From positions 1,696,001 through 1,760,000 of the forward strand of contig CAWGMQ010000010.1 of the NCBI GenBank assembly GCA_963823665.1: a stretch of 64,000 bases of DNA, written 5' to 3'. Under the pieces are notes generated by a model, which searched no databases, was not told the DNA's origin, and saw nothing but the letters and a program-made list of their open reading frames with translations. This stretch comes from an uncultured Planctomycetota bacterium (GTDB taxonomy: Bacteria > Planctomycetota > Planctomycetia > Isosphaerales > Isosphaeraceae). This document shows positions 1 to 13,200 of the stretch, piece after piece (position 1 is the first letter of the stretch; each line of letters opens with the position of its first letter). The position numbers were made by a program, and so were the translations under genes.

Positions 1-3000
1 ATCGGCGTCGGTCGTGCCCGACTCGGCGAGTGCCTTCGCTTGAAGCAGCAACGCATCGAGTCGCTTCTTGTCGACGTCGAGCACCAGCGTGGCCTGCTTG
101 AGTGCTTCATCGGGTTCACCCAGGCGGAGCTTCGCCTGCCCGAGCAGAACTCGCACGTCGAGCTGGCGAGAATTCCGCTCGAGCGACTCGGTATAGGCCT
201 GCGCCATGTCGCGCGTGCGCCCGAGCATGGCGTACAGGCGTGCTCGCAGCAATGAGCCGGCCGGCGACGTCTTGGAGGTCTTGTCCATCTCGCGCGTCAG
301 CTCGATCGCGCGGTTGAAATCGCCGTGGCGAGCGACCATGTCGCATTCGATTTGCACCAGGACGAGGCTCTTCGGGAAGCGGGCGCGATAGTCCTTGAGC
401 ATCGCCGTTGCTTTATCGTTGAGCGACCGCTCCCGGTCTGTTTCACGCCGCGCGCCGGCATCGGCGGCCTGGAGCGAAATCGTCTGGATCAGCGAGGCCG
501 CCAGGTTGATGTCGTCCGGTGACTCCTTGTTCAACTCGGACAGCATAGCCGCCGCCTTGTCGTAACGCCTCAGATCGCGATAGATGTTCACGAGCTCGGC
601 CCGGTAGGGCCCCTTGGGGAATTCCTTGGCCTTGGCCTGAACGAATTCGATGGCCGCGTCGGGCTGTCCCAGAGCGCGAAGCGCGACGTGCTTGGACTGC
701 ACAAGCTCGATGGCGTCGGGCAATCGAGCGAGCCCCTCGTCGATGACGCCAAGCGCTCGCTTGAGCCCGGTGGCCGGCGGCGGCTGCTCATTCTCGGCGG
801 CTGCCAGCATCAGATAGAGAACGGGAGCCGGCCTGTCCTTCGCAGCGATAAGGGAAAGCGCCTTTCGGAGGATCGTTGCGGCCTTATCGGGCTGCTTTGC
901 CTTGAGCAGGATATAGGAGCGGGTCACCACGGCCCAGGTGTGAGTGGGATTCACTTCCAGGACGTAATCAAGTTGAGAGAGAGCGGGCGCATCCTCGCCT
1001 TGCTGGCGATAAAGGTTGGCGCCGCGCACTCGCTCGTCGTCGCTGGGCGCGTTCTTGGTGTCGTTCAGGATGGCAGCAATTTCTCGTTTGGCGAGGGGCC
1101 ATTGGCCGCTCGCGACATAAGCGTTTATCAATTGCCAGCGGTCGTTCCGCGTGAGCGTGCCCTTCTGGTCGCCGCGCTTGAGCTCCTCGAACCGGCGGAT
1201 GGCGTCGTCGAAGTCCCCGGTGCGAAGCGCGAGATTTGCCAGAGCCGACTGGGCGGCGGCCAGGAGGGAGGTGCCCGGATCGAGCTCTTTGACCGGTTTG
1301 TCGCGGACGATGGCTTCCAGCGTTTTCTCCGCTTCGGCCACGGACCCGGTCTGGCCGTCGAGCTGAGCTTTCCAGTACTGAACGATCTTGTTGTTGGGGT
1401 CTTTCTTGAGCGCGGCATCGAAATGCTCGATGGCCAGCGCGGCGTGCCCGCGCTTCAGCTCGAGCTGGGCCGAGAGGACGTCGCTGGTCGCGGCTTCGGG
1501 CCAGCGGGCACGGATCTTGGCGATGACGGCCGCCGCCGCGTCCAGACGGCTGCGCTCGAGCTCAAGTCCGGCCCACTGGACGAGCGGTGCCGAGCTCTCG
1601 GTGCGATCGGCGATGCTCGAGAGCAGAGTGCGGGCCTCCTGGTCATTCTTGAGCGTATCAGCCTGGAGCTGCGCCCGCATCATGACAAGCGCCGGTTGAT
1701 CGGGCGAATCCTTGAGAAATTCGGCGAGAATGCGGTCCGCCAGGGAGGCATTGCCGTCCCTGGCCGCAAGTGCGGCTTCGAGGCCGGCAAGCTCAGCGCT
1801 CTTCGGGTACGTGGCGCGAGCGGCTTTCAGGCGTGTGCGGGCTTCGGGCTTCTTGCCTTGTTCCTCGAGGGTCATGACCGCGAGCTGCTCGGCGCTGGGG
1901 CTTCCATTACCCTGGCGTGCCATGGCGTCGATGCGGCCGATGGCCCGTTCAGACTCGCCGAGCTGTACGTCGATCTGAGCAAGACGGACCAGAACGGTGG
2001 CGCTCGATTCCGGGCCGGCAGCGAGCGATTTCTCGAATTCAGACGCGGCCTTGCGGAGGTTCTCCGGGGTGCGGCGGCTCTGGAGTACCTCGCCACTCAA
2101 GAGATGAATCGCGGCGCTCAGCTCGCGCGGCACCGCACCGCTTTTCAGCTTCTGGGCAAGCGAGCTGACGATCGGCTCGGCCTCTTCGGGATAACCGGCC
2201 TGGAGAACCGTCCAGGCCGCCCAGAGCTCGAGCTGCGCATCGAGGTTGCCGAGTCGGAGGGCGTTCTGCAGAAACTGGCGGCCGAGGTTCTGCTCCCCGG
2301 CGAGCACCAGGGCCACTCCGTACCGCGCCTGCACCACCCCGATTTCCGGCAACTGCGCGGCCGCAATCTTCAAATGGTTGAGTGCGCTCCTGCGCAGGGC
2401 GGTCTGGGATTTCTGTCCCGTGCCGGGCGCCGGCTTTGCACCCGGATTTGCGCGTCCCGCACCGGACTGGTCCAGCTCGATCGACCCGGCAAGAAAGTGC
2501 CCCCGGCCCTGGTAGATCGGGTCCGGGCACTCGAGCAGTGCCTTGACGTGCGGCGCAGCCTTGTCGAAACGCTGCTCGTCCGCCTCTGCTGAGATCGCGG
2601 CTTCGGCGGCGATCGTGTGCAGATTCATCACCAGGCGGGTCGAGTTCTGGCGTGATGCCTGCGGCGACGCGAGGGCGCGATCCACAACTTCCAGACATCG
2701 ATCGCGGCTTCGGCGAAACATCAGGTGGTCGGCGTAGCTGAGGAACGTTTGCAGGTCGGGTTCCTTCTCTCCCGAGAGGGCGAGCTTGAAGATGGCTTCG
2801 AGCTCGAGCTCGATGGCGTCCACCTGGCGGTCATACAGCGGTGTCGCGGCGGCCGAGACCCTGGACGCGCCCTCGATCAAACTGCGCTGAGAGAGCTCCA
2901 GAAAAGTGCGCAGCCGTGCAACCCGGGCCGGAGCCAGCCCGTGGGAAAGAGTCAACTGCTTGACCTGAGCCAGCATCGCCTCGACCTGTCCGCCGAGCTT

Positions 3001-3723
3001 GGCGGGCTCCGATTCGGTGCGGATCTGCAAAGTGATCAAGCGCAGCCAGGTAATGCACTCGATCGCCGCGGTGTCGGCCGCGAAGGACAAGGCAGCCGCT
3101 TGTGCGCAGGCGGCGTCGCGGGCCGGCGCGTCGCCGGTTGCGTCGGCAAGCTTCGCACGAATCCACAATCGGCGCACCAGGCTTGCTTTCCGGGCTTCGA
3201 GAACCTTGAGATGGCGGCGGGCCTCGGGGACGTCCGGAGTTCGGCCCTCAAGCGCCTCGACGGCCAGGACGAAGTGCGCGTCAGGGTCGTCAGGCTCGAG
3301 CTTCTGAACCTCCTTGGCCCAGTACAGCGATTCCGGCACAAGGTCCTCGTTCAGCGCGTCATCGAGCAGCTCATGCCGCGTGTGCCTGTCGGTCTTGTCG
3401 ATTCTGACCGCGCTCACGAGATGGTCCAGGCGTTCGGCTCGAAGAGACGCTTTCTTCGCCTCCGGAGCGCACCGTGACCACTCGCGATACATCGCTGCCA
3501 GCTCCCGATGGATCGCGGGGTTCTTGGCTTCGAGCTGAAGAGCTTTCTTGTAGTAGATCTCGGCATCCGGGAAGCGATTCGCAACGCGTGCCGCCTGCGC
3601 TCGTTTCAGCATCCCTTGAGAAGATTGCGGAACGAGTGTCACGGTGATGGCGACCACGCCGACGAGCGCCACGGCCACGAAAAGCCCGGACAGAACGAAC
3701 AGGGGTTTCCATCGAACAGTCAT
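1..3723 (-). CDS. Large membrane-anchored tetratricopeptide-repeat protein (>1240 aa, runs off the window start)
   Basis: ATG at 3723 with AGGAG SD upstream. Reads MTVRWKPLFVLSGLFVAVALVGVVAITVTL (N-terminal TM) followed by TPR-like helices (AEIYYKKALQLEAKNPAIHRELA...). Absent from the ORF track because no stop lies within the window; the + ORFs 688-2592 and 2725-3477 are its in-register antisense shadows. Confidence 0.85.
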   Translation of the reverse strand, partial: MTVRWKPLFVLSGLFVAVALVGVVAITVTLVPQSSQGMLKRAQAARVANRFPDAEIYYKKALQLEAKNPAIHRELAAMYREWSRCAPEAKKASLRAERLDHLVSAVRIDKTDRHTRHELLDDALNEDLVPESLYWAKEVQKLEPDDPDAHFVLAVEALEGRTPDVPEARRHLKVLEARKASLVRRLWIRAKLADATGDAPARDAACAQAAALSFAADTAAIECITWLRLITLQIRTESEPAKLGGQVEAMLAQVKQLTLSHGLAPARVARLRTFLELSQRSLIEGASRVSAAATPLYDRQVDAIELELEAIFKLALSGEKEPDLQTFLSYADHLMFRRSRDRCLEVVDRALASPQASRQNSTRLVMNLHTIAAEAAISAEADEQRFDKAAPHVKALLECPDPIYQGRGHFLAGSIELDQSGAGRANPGAKPAPGTGQKSQTALRRSALNHLKIAAAQLPEIGVVQARYGVALVLAGEQNLGRQFLQNALRLGNLDAQLELWAAWTVLQAGYPEEAEPIVSSLAQKLKSGAVPRELSAAIHLLSGEVLQSRRTPENLRKAASEFEKSLAAGPESSATVLVRLAQIDVQLGESERAIGRIDAMARQGNGSPSAEQLAVMTLEEQGKKPEARTRLKAARATYPKSAELAGLEAALAARDGNASLADRILAEFLKDSPDQPALVMMRAQLQADTLKNDQEARTLLSSIADRTESSAPLVQWAGLELERSRLDAAAAVIAKIRARWPEAATSDVLSAQLELKRGHAALAIEHFDAALKKDPNNKIVQYWKAQLDGQTGSVAEAEKTLEAIVRDKPVKELDPGTSLLAAAQSALANLALRTGDFDDAIRRFEELKRGDQKGTLTRNDRWQLINAYVASGQWPLAKREIAAILNDTKNAPSDDERVRGANLYRQQGEDAPALSQLDYVLEVNPTHTWAVVTRSYILLKAKQPDKAATILRKALSLIAAKDRPAPVLYLMLAAAENEQPPPATGLKRALGVIDEGLARLPDAIELVQSKHVALRALGQPDAAIEFVQAKAKEFPKGPYRAELVNIYRDLRRYDKAAAMLSELNKESPDDINLAASLIQTISLQAADAGARRETDRERSLNDKATAMLKDYRARFPKSLVLVQIECDMVARHGDFNRAIELTREMDKTSKTSPAGSLLRARLYAMLGRTRDMAQAYTESLERNSRQLDVRVLLGQAKLRLGEPDEALKQATLVLDVDKKRLDALLLQAKALAESGTTDAD

Positions 3724-4168
3724 CAGGCGGTTCTCCTTTGGCTCGTGACACCGTAAGGCGCAAGGCGACAGCCCCGCGGCGCGGCCGGTCGCAAGAGTCG
3801 AGGCGCGGACCGCCGGCTCGCCGCGTTGCAAGTCGGTTCCAGAGCGTCGGTCGAATCCCAACGTCCCCAAATGCGAGAGCGTGCGCCTGCGTGCGCGAAG
3901 AGCTCGCAGTGGGACCAATTCGAATGGTTCCGGAATCAAAGGGGGCAAATCCATTCGCCCTGATGCCTTAAGAGGGGTTGCAGTCCATTGCCGTTCTATG
4001 CCGGAATCAGGCGTGGCACAGGATAGAGCTTCTTCGCAAAGACATCAAGCGAAGTTTTCCACGAAAACTCGCCAAGCCGCCGAGCGGCCCGGCCCGGGCA
4101 CAAGAACGCGACACACCACCGCGGCCGGCAATGCGAAAGACGGTTCAGGACATAGTCGGCATCTGAGG

Positions 4169-4191
4169 CGCGGGCCCGACACGAGCCCGCG
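4169..4191 (-). terminator. GC-rich hairpin just downstream of the giant protease gene
   Basis: CGCGGGC-N9-GCCCGCG inverted repeat about 10 bp after the stop at 4201. No clear U-tract. Confidence 0.3.
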
Positions 4192-4200
4192 TGCGGTCAT

Positions 4201-7200
4201 TCATTTCTTTTTGGCGTGCGCGGCGGGATGGGCCTTCGCGACCGCCAGGTGCTTCACGGTCTTGGTCGTGGTTGTCTTGTGGAACTTGGTGCTCGACCCA
4301 CCGCCGGGATGTGTCTTCTTCGTCACCACTTTCAGTTTCACCTTCGTCTTGGCCTTGGTTGCGGCCTTGACCACAGGCGGCGTTACCGTCACCGGAGTCG
4401 CCACGGTGGTGGTCACGACGACCGGTGTCGTGACGGTGGTCTTGGTCGCCACTTTGGCCGAGGCCGTGAGCGGGGTTCCATACGTGGCGTACGGCTTGAA
4501 GCTGATCGCGGGAATTGAGACTCCGCCTTGATAGGCGCCGATGTCGATCGACGTGGTCGGTCGGGTGCCTCCTCGCTGGTCGGTGGTGGGAACCGACACA
4601 CCGGTGATCGTCGTGCTCCCTGCGCCCATGGCCGGGCTGGTCGACGATAATGCAATCGTCTGGGTTGGGCCGCCGTTGTTGGCCAGGGTTCCCAGGCCGG
4701 CATTGATGTCGCTGATGATGAGGTTCGAGTTGGTGTTCGTGAGTCCGCCGGAGCCGGCGCTGCCGATCACGTTGAACGAGCTCGCCGGGGCGACGGTCCC
4801 GTCGATATTGTTGTAGATGGCACCGCTGCGCTCTGGCCCTGCGCCGTGTTCTGGGCGACGATCGTGTCATAGAGGCCCGTGGTGCCGCCGGAGGTTTCAA
4901 TTCCGCCGCCGGTACCAGTGGAGGAGACGGAGTTGAGGGCGATGGTTGAGCTGATCACCGTCAATGTGCCGAAATTCGCGATTCCGCCGCCGGAGAGCGA
5001 AGCCACGTTGCCGGCGATGGTGCTGTCGGAGAGAGTGAGTGTTCCGCCGTTGTAGATGGCACCGCCGGTCGTGCCCGAGTTGCCGGAGAGGGTGGAATCG
5101 GTGACCATCGCGGTGGCGCCGATTTCGTTCGAGAGTCCGCCCCCGTCCAGAGCCCCACTGCCGGTGACCGCGACGCCCGAGAGCGTCAATTTGCCGAAGT
5201 TGTCGATGGCGCCGCCGGAGCCGGGTTGCCCGAGCAGAATACTCTCGGCGGCGCCTCCGGTGAGCGCGACGCCCGAGATCGTGGCGGTGGTGCCGGATGC
5301 GATCTGGAACACTTGCGAGGCGTTGTTCGCCGAGATGGAGACCTGATTCGCCCCGGGACCCAGGATCGCAATTGGCGTCACGGAGTTCTGCAGCACGCAG
5401 CGCGCCGTTCGTCAGGGAGATCGGCTGCGTCGTCGCCAGGACAATGGTGTTGGCTGCAGGCGTCTTGATGTTGCCGGGGTTCGCGTTGGAGTTCGCATCG
5501 GCCCACTCGACCGCGGCGCGGAGCGTGCCGATGCTCGAGTCATCGGCGGAGGAGTAAACCTCGTAGGACGAGCTCGCTTCATAAGCACCGATGTCGATCG
5601 CCGTTCCCGCGTTCAAGCCGCCAGGTCCCCGCAATGCGCCGCGCTGGTCTGTCGCCGGTGCGGTGATCGTGCCGGAGGGAATCGCAAAGCTCGCAGCCCC
5701 CGCATCGATCGCCGGGCTGCCTGCCAGGAGCGCGACGGTCTCGGTCGGGCCGCCATTGTCGGCGAGTGTGCCGAGCAACGGCTTGGTCACGCCGACCAGG
5801 TTTCCAGAGACGCCATTGGTGAGTCCGGACGACTTGCCGCCGATCAGGTTATTGGAGCTGAGCGGACTGACGAGACCGGAAATGTCGCTCGTGGTGGCGG
5901 TTGCACCGGTACCGGTGGTGTTGTCGGCGACGATCGTGTTGTAGAGCAGGGTCGTGCCAGCCGATGCGTCGATGCCGCCGCCGGCGCCGCCAGGTGCAAC
6001 AGCGTTGTAGGCAATCGTCGAGCTGTATGCGGTCAAGCTGCCGACCTGATTGATTCCGCCACCGTTTTGACCGGCGAAGTTGTTGGCGATGGTGCTGTTG
6101 AGCAGGACGAGAGTTGAAACGAGATCGTTGGCAATCGCCCCGCCCTGGAAGGCAGTCGAGTTCGAGAACGTACTGCCGCTGATCGTGGCGTTTGAATCGT
6201 TGTAAAGGCTGCCGCCCTGGATCGCGTCGTTGCTATCGAAGGTACTGTCGTTGACAGTGAGAGTGCCGGCGTCCTTGTTGTCGATCGCGCCGCCCTCGAA
6301 TGCCTTGCCGCCGGTGAACGTGCTGTAATTCACCGTCAGGCTGCCGGAATTGTCGATCGCGCCGCCCAGCCCGTACGTTGCGGTATTTCCGGAGAACGTC
6401 GTGTTCGACACGCTCAGCTTGCCGCCCTGATTGTAGATGCCGCCGCCGTAGTAGAGGACGGTGTCGTTCGTGAACGCCGTGTTGGCGACGCTCAGTGTGC
6501 CCTGATTGAGGATACCGCCACCGTTCTGGCCGCCGCCGCCGGAGATCGTCAATCCGCTGAACGAGGCCGTCACGCCGGGCTGCACCGAGAAGAGTCCGAC
6601 GCCGCCATCTCCCTCGATCGTCACGAGCGCGGCGCCGGGGCCGACGAGGTTCACGGGGGCATTGGTATTGGTGAAACTGAGAGAGCCCAGCTCGTCGGCG
6701 ATGTTGATCGTCTGGGGCGTGTTGAAAACCGTGGGATCAAAGAGAATGGTGTTGGCGCCCGACGCGCTCACCGGGTTGCTATCAGCCCACGAGACGGCCG
6801 ATCGAAGCGTTCCGGCCAGGAGAGAGTCGCCGGTGTTGCTCACCAGGTAAGATGAGCTGATCTCGAAGGCGCCTGCGTCGATCGTGGCACCGTTATTGAT
6901 GTGGTCGGGGTTGCGCAGCGCCCTGCGCTGGTCGGTCGTGGGAACGTTGTAACCGGCAATCGTGGCGGCGCCGCCGCTTATGGCGGGGCTGCCCGTCAGG
7001 AGCGAGATCGTGAGCGTCGGCCCACCGTTGTCGGAGAGGCCCGAGGCCAGCAGGGCGGGAGAGCCGATCTGGTTGCCGTTTGCGCCGTTCGTCAAGCCGC
7101 CGTCCGAGGCGCTGTCGTCGATCACGTTGTATGCGCTGTTCGTGGAAACGGCGTTTTCGATGTCACTCGGGGTCGAGCCTCCGACGGTGTTCAGCGCCAG

Positions 7201-10200
7201 GATCGAGTTGAACAGCGTCGCCGTGCCCGAGTTCGCGTCGAGACCACCGCCGGAAGCGGTCGCGGTGTTGTAGGCGATGGTGTCATTGATGAGCGTCAGC
7301 GTACCGTCGTTCGTCACGCCGCCGCCTGAGGGTGCGCTGTTCTGGGCGATGGTGGTATTGGTGAGCGTGGCCGTGCCGTCGTTGGCGATCGCGCCGCCGG
7401 TCGTCGTGGCGGTGTTGGACGACAGCGTGCTGTCGAGGACCGAAAGCGTGCCGCCTGATTCGTTGGCGATCGCTCCGCCTGTTGCGGCGGTGTTGCCGGT
7501 GAGCGTGTCGTTGCTGATGGACAGCGTGCCGAAGTTATTGATCGCACCGCCGCTCGTGGCTGTTCCTCCGGTGATCGTTACGCCGGTGATCGAGGCGGTG
7601 ACGCCGGGGGCAATCGTCAACACGCCGGAGCCGTTGCCGCCGCTCAAGGTGAGCGAGCCCGTGTCCGGGCCGACGATTGCCGCGGGGACGGTCGTGTCGG
7701 TGAACGCGAGCGGGCCGCCCGTGAGTGTGATCGTTTGCGGTGTGGCGAAGAGGCCCGTCTGGTCGAAGACGATGGTGTTGGCAGCCGGGTTTGCGAGGTT
7801 GGCGGGATTGACGTTCGTGTTCACGTTCGCCCAGCCAACCGCGGTCGCGATCGTACCGACGTCGAGCGTGTCGGCCGTCGTCGAGACCAGGTATGACGAG
7901 CTTGCTTCGTAGGCCCCGATATCTGCGGCCGGTCCGGCGTTCAGCCCCCGCGGCCCGCGCAATGCGCCGCGCTGATCGACGATCGGGACGCTCACGCCAA
8001 CGATCGTCGAGGCGCCTGCGTCGATGGCGGGGCTGCCCGGCAACAGTGCGAGCGACTCGGTGATGCCGCCGCTGGGCTGTAGCGCAGTTGCCAGTCCGGG
8101 GTCGGCGACGCCGACCAGATTGCTGGTGATCCCGCCGGAGCTGAGCCCGCCGGAGCCTCCGGTGCCGATCAGGTTGTACTGACTGTTGGGAACCAGGCTG
8201 CCGCCGCCCACAACCGTTATGTCGCTTGCGTGGTTCGGCGCGCCGGCACCCATCGTATTCTGGGCCACGATCGTGTTGTACAGGCCGGCTTGACCGCCGG
8301 TCGAGAGGTACAGCCCGGCACCGCTGCCGGCCAGAGTGGAGAGGGAGTTGTAGGCGACGGTGACGTTGACCAGCGTGATCGGGCCTGAACTTGAGATACC
8401 GGCTCCAAGGTTGGCCGAGTTGAAGGCGATGGTGGTGTTGGTGAGCGTGACCGGGCTGCTCGAAAGCTGGGCGATGGCACCGCCGGTGGTGCCGGTGTTG
8501 GAGACGAGCGACGAGTTCGTGATCGAGGCGGTACCCTGGTTGTAGATGCCGCCACCGTAGGCAAGGGCCGCATTCGAGGTGAGCGTGCTTTCGGTGATCG
8601 AGAGACTCGATCCAGGCAGGTTGGCGATTGCCGCGCCGTTTGAGGCGATATTGGTCGTGAACGTATCGCCCGAGAGCACGAGCGTGTGGCTGTTCAGAAT
8701 CGCGCCGCCGAAGGTCTTGGCCGCGTTCTGTGAGAAGCTCGAATTCGCGACCGTGAGCGTGCCCGTAAGCTCGTTGGCGACGCCGCCGCCGAACGCCGCG
8801 GTATTGCCCGTGACCGAAAGATTCGAAAGGTTGAGCACCCCCGAATTGTCGATGGCACCGCCGTTGTTCGCGGCGAGGCCGCCGGTGACCGTGAGCCCGC
8901 TGATCGAGGCCGTTACCCCGGCCGCGACCGAGAACACGCCGCTTGCATTGCCGCCGCTGATCGTGAGCATGCCGGGGCCAGGGCCCAGGATCGACTTCGC
9001 CACACTGGTGCCGCCGTTATTCGCCAGTGTGAGCGTGCCGCCGGTCAAGTCGATCGTTCCGGTTGCGCTGAAATCCACCGTATTCGGTGCGGGACTGAAG
9101 TGATTTTCGGGGTTCACGTTCGTGCTGACATTGGCCCAGCCGATGCCCGTCCTGAGCGTGCCCGCGTTGAGGGTGTCGTCGGTCGACGAAACGATGTAGG
9201 ACGAGCTGGCCTCGTAGGCACCGATATCGGCGCGGGGCCCCGCGTTCAAGCCTGCGGGTCCGCGTACCGCGCCGCGCTGGTCGATGGTGGGCACTGTCAC
9301 GCCGGAGATCGAGTTCGCTGCTGCGTCGATCGCCGGGCTACCCGCCAGGAGGGCGATGGTCTGGGTGGGGCCGCCGTTGTTTGCAAGTCCCGCGGCGATG
9401 CCTGGTGCGACGCCGATCAAGTTGCCGGCGGAGCCGCTCAAGCCGCCGGAGAAAGCCGCGCTGGTCACGAGGTTGTTCGAGCTGGCCGAGGCCAGTGTGC
9501 CCGTGATGTCATTGGGCGTCTTGAGCGCGGCAGAGCCCGCCGTGTTGCCCGCGACCAGCGTGTTATAGAGTGTGGCCGTGCCGCCGGCGACATCGAACCC
9601 GCCGCCGGCCAGCGAAGCTTGATTGTAGGCGATCGTGGCATTCACGAAGGTGAGCGAGCCCTGGGTGTAGACCGCACCGCCGAAACTCGCCGTGTTGGAT
9701 GCAAACGTCGCGTTCGATGCCGTCAGTCCGCCTGCAACGAGCACGGCGCCGCCATTACCGGCCGAGTTCCCGGTGAAGGTGGCACCGTCGAGCGACGTAT
9801 TGGTCGCCGTGTACAGGGCACCGCCGGTGGTCGCCGTATTCGTGCTGAAGGTGCTGTCCACGATGTCCAGCGGCACGGCCGCAAAGCTGTAATAGACCGC
9901 GCCGCCGGATTTGGCGGCGGAGTTGCCCGTGAACGTGCTGTCCGAGATGGAGAGCACGCCCGAGGAGGAGACGGCACCGCCGGTTGCGGAAGTGCCGGTG
10001 GCTGAGTTGCCCGAGAAGGTCGATCCGAGGATGGTGAGGATACCTGCCGCGGTATTGCCGATCGCTCCCGCGGAACCGGTCGACGAATTGTTCGTAATCG
10101 CACTTCCCTGCACGGTCAGCGTGCCGACATTCTCGACGGCACCTCCCGTGGTGCTCGAATTTGTCGTCAGGTTTGAGCCGGCGATCGTTGCCGTGCCGCT

Positions 10201-13200
10201 ATTGTAGATGGCGCCGCCCTGCGGGGCCGAGTCGCCCGAGAACGTGGAGTTGTTGACCGTCAAGGTGCCCGGCGCTTCGTTCTGGATGCCGCCGCCGGTG
10301 CCGGTCGCGATGCTCCCGGTAAGAGCGACGCCGCTGACGTCGAGCGTGCCGAAGTTGTCGACGGCACCGCCCGAGGCTGAACTGCCGCCCGAGAGCGTCA
10401 TTCCGCTGAGCGTGACGTTTGATCCGGCGCTCACCTTGACGATCTGGGTCGCACCACCGCCCGAAATGGTCAAGTTTGCGATGCCCGTGCCGTTGATTGC
10501 CTCGGGGGTCGTCGTGCCCGTGAAGACGAGTGGCCCGCCCACGAGTGTGATGGTTCGCGGGGATGAGAACACGTTCGCGCTGTCGAACGCCACGGTGTTC
10601 GGTGCGGGTTTCGCGAGATTCTCCGGATTGTCGTTGAAGCTGACGTTGGCCCACTCCACGGCGGAGATGATGCTGCCGTAGCCAATGGCGTCGACCGTGG
10701 TCGTCACGAGATACGAGGAGCTGGCCTCGTAGGCGCCGATGTCGACGTTGGGCCCGGCGTTCAAGCCCAGGGGCCCGCGTGCGGCCCCGCGCTCGTCGTA
10801 TGTGGGTACGTTCACGCCGGTGATGTTGTCGCTGCCGCCGTCGATGGCCGGGCTGCCGGTCAGCAAGGCGATGGTCTCGAGCGGCCCGCCGTTGTTGGCC
10901 AGTGCGCTCAGGTGCGGATTCGAGACGCCGACGAGGTTGCCGTTGACCCCGTTCGTCAGGACGCCGTTTGCACCCGTGCCGATCAAGTTGTAAGAGCTGT
11001 TCAAGGAGACGATGCCGGCCGAGAGGGGATAAATGTCGTCGGGCGTCGAGGTTCCCCGGACATTGGACGCGACGATCGTGTTGTAAATCGCGACGGCACC
11101 GCCGGCGATATCCAGGCCGCCGCCGTGGCCTCCTGCGGAGGCGGAGTTCTGGGCGATCGTGGCGTTGACCGCAGTGAGCGTGCCGCCCGCGCGTATAAAT
11201 GGCGCCGCCGGACGAGCCGCTGTTCTCGGCGATCGTGTCGTTTGTGAAACTGAGCTCGCCGGCGTTGTAGAGGGCGCCGCCGGAGCCGGTCGTGGCCTTG
11301 TTCAGGTCCAGCGTTGCGTCGGTCACCGTGCCCGACCCGGATGCCGAGTTGTAGAGGGCGCCGCCGGAGCTGCCGGTGTTGCTCGCGAGAGTGACGATCG
11401 TGATCGTCATGGCCCCGCCGTTCTGAATGCCGCCGCCGGTGCCCGTCGCTGTGTTGTGGGAGACGGTGACGGTGTTGAGCGAGAGCGATCCGAGGAGATT
11501 GTCAATGCCGCCGCCGGAACCCCCCGCAGTGTTACTGGTAACCGAGCTGCCGATGATGGTCAGGGCGCCTTGGTTGACATAAATACCGCCGCCTGACGTG
11601 CCGGCGCTGTTTCCGGAGAGCGAGCTGCTCGTGAACGCCACCGAGCCGCTCGAGTTATAGACGCCGCCTCCGGTCTTCGACGCGGAGTTATTCGCGATCG
11701 TCACATTGCTGATCTCGAGGTCTCCGTGATTCCAGATGCCTCCGCCGGAGCGGGCGGTGTTGCCCGTGAGCGCGCTGGCGCCATTGAGCGTCAGCTTGCC
11801 CACGACGTACACGCCGCCGCCCTGGTTCAGCGCGGCGTTGTCGGAGATGCTCGCAGCGGAGATGGAAAGCGTTCCCGTGGCAGCGATGCCACCGCCGTCG
11901 CTTGCGGAGTTTCCGGCGATGTTCCCGCCGTTCACCGTGAAGGTTCCGCCCGCGGCGATTGCGCCACCGGAGCCCCCGACTGCCTGGTTGCCCGTGAGCG
12001 TGCTGTCGGTGACCGTGAACGGCCCCTTGGTGCTGTCAATCGCCCCACCGTCGATGGCCATGTTGCCGCTGAATGTGCTGGCGCTGATACTGCCCTTGCC
12101 CTGGTTGTTGTAAACGGCGCCGCCCAAGCCCGTTCCGGTGGTTGCAACGTTGGTGCCGAAATTGGCAGAAGTGACCGCGAGCGTTCCCTGCGATTCGATG
12201 CCACCACCTTCCTGGGCCGTATTCGAGTCGAAGGAAGTCCCGGCGCCCACGACAAGCGAGGCGCCCTTCCCCGCGTAGACGGCGCCGCCGGCCTGTGCAG
12301 TGTTCTGGGAGAACTCGGTGCCGGCGATCGTTCCCTTGCCGGTGGAGTCGATGGCCCCGCCCAGGAAACCGGCGGTGTCAGCGGAAAAGGTACCGCCCGT
12401 GATGGTGAAGTTGCCGGTGCTGTTCACGCCGCCACCGCTATCGGTCGCGGAGTTGCCGGTGATGTCGGTATCCTGAAGCACCAGCGTGCCGGCGATCGTG
12501 ATGCCGCCACCGTTGGTTGCCGAGTTGCCGCTGACGACGCTTGACACGAGGGTGAGCGCGCCCTTCACGTCGATACCGCCGCCTGAGTCGGCGGTGTTGT
12601 TGGTGATCATGGCGCCTGAGAGAGTGAGCGCCTGCGCGGCATCATAGAGCCCGCCGCCGGCACCTGAGCCGGCTGGCCCTCCGGCACCGGATTTTTCGCC
12701 GGGGGAGCCGACGCCGACGACGCCTCCCTGGCCCCCGGTACCTCCATCGGAATCACTCATGTTGATGGCAGTGTTGTTGAATGTGACGCCGCCATTCAAT
12801 ATGTACATGCCGCCACCGGAGCCGGGGCCGCCCTTGCCGCCGTCGCCGCCGGCCCCGCCCTTGCCGGTGAACGTGTTGCCCGCCGAGGTGATTTCGACCC
12901 CGCCGAAGCCGCCTGTGCCACCGACGCCGCCCACGCCGCCGGGACCGTGGTTGGCGGAGAGGTTCGTGGAATTGAGGGTCACGCTGCCGGCAAAGAGGTA
13001 AATGCCGCCACCGGCTCCCACACCGCCGGCGCCGCCGACGCCACCCTTGCCGCCTGGAAACAAGAACGTGCCGCCGGTGCCGCCGAACCCGCCCTGACCA
13101 CCGGTGCCGCCCTGTGCATTATTTCCGGTGATCGTGCCGTTCGTGATGGACACTTTGCCGCCATCAACAAAGAGGCCGCCGCCCTGACCGGAGCCACCGG

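Noticed and set aside
688..3477. Long + strand ORFs (634 aa and 250 aa)
   Set aside because: In-register antisense shadows of the minus-strand TPR gene starting at 3723.
4767..11200. Programmed ribosomal frameshifting in the giant gene
   Set aside because: No slippery heptamers at the junctions, and similar indels are scattered across unrelated genes.
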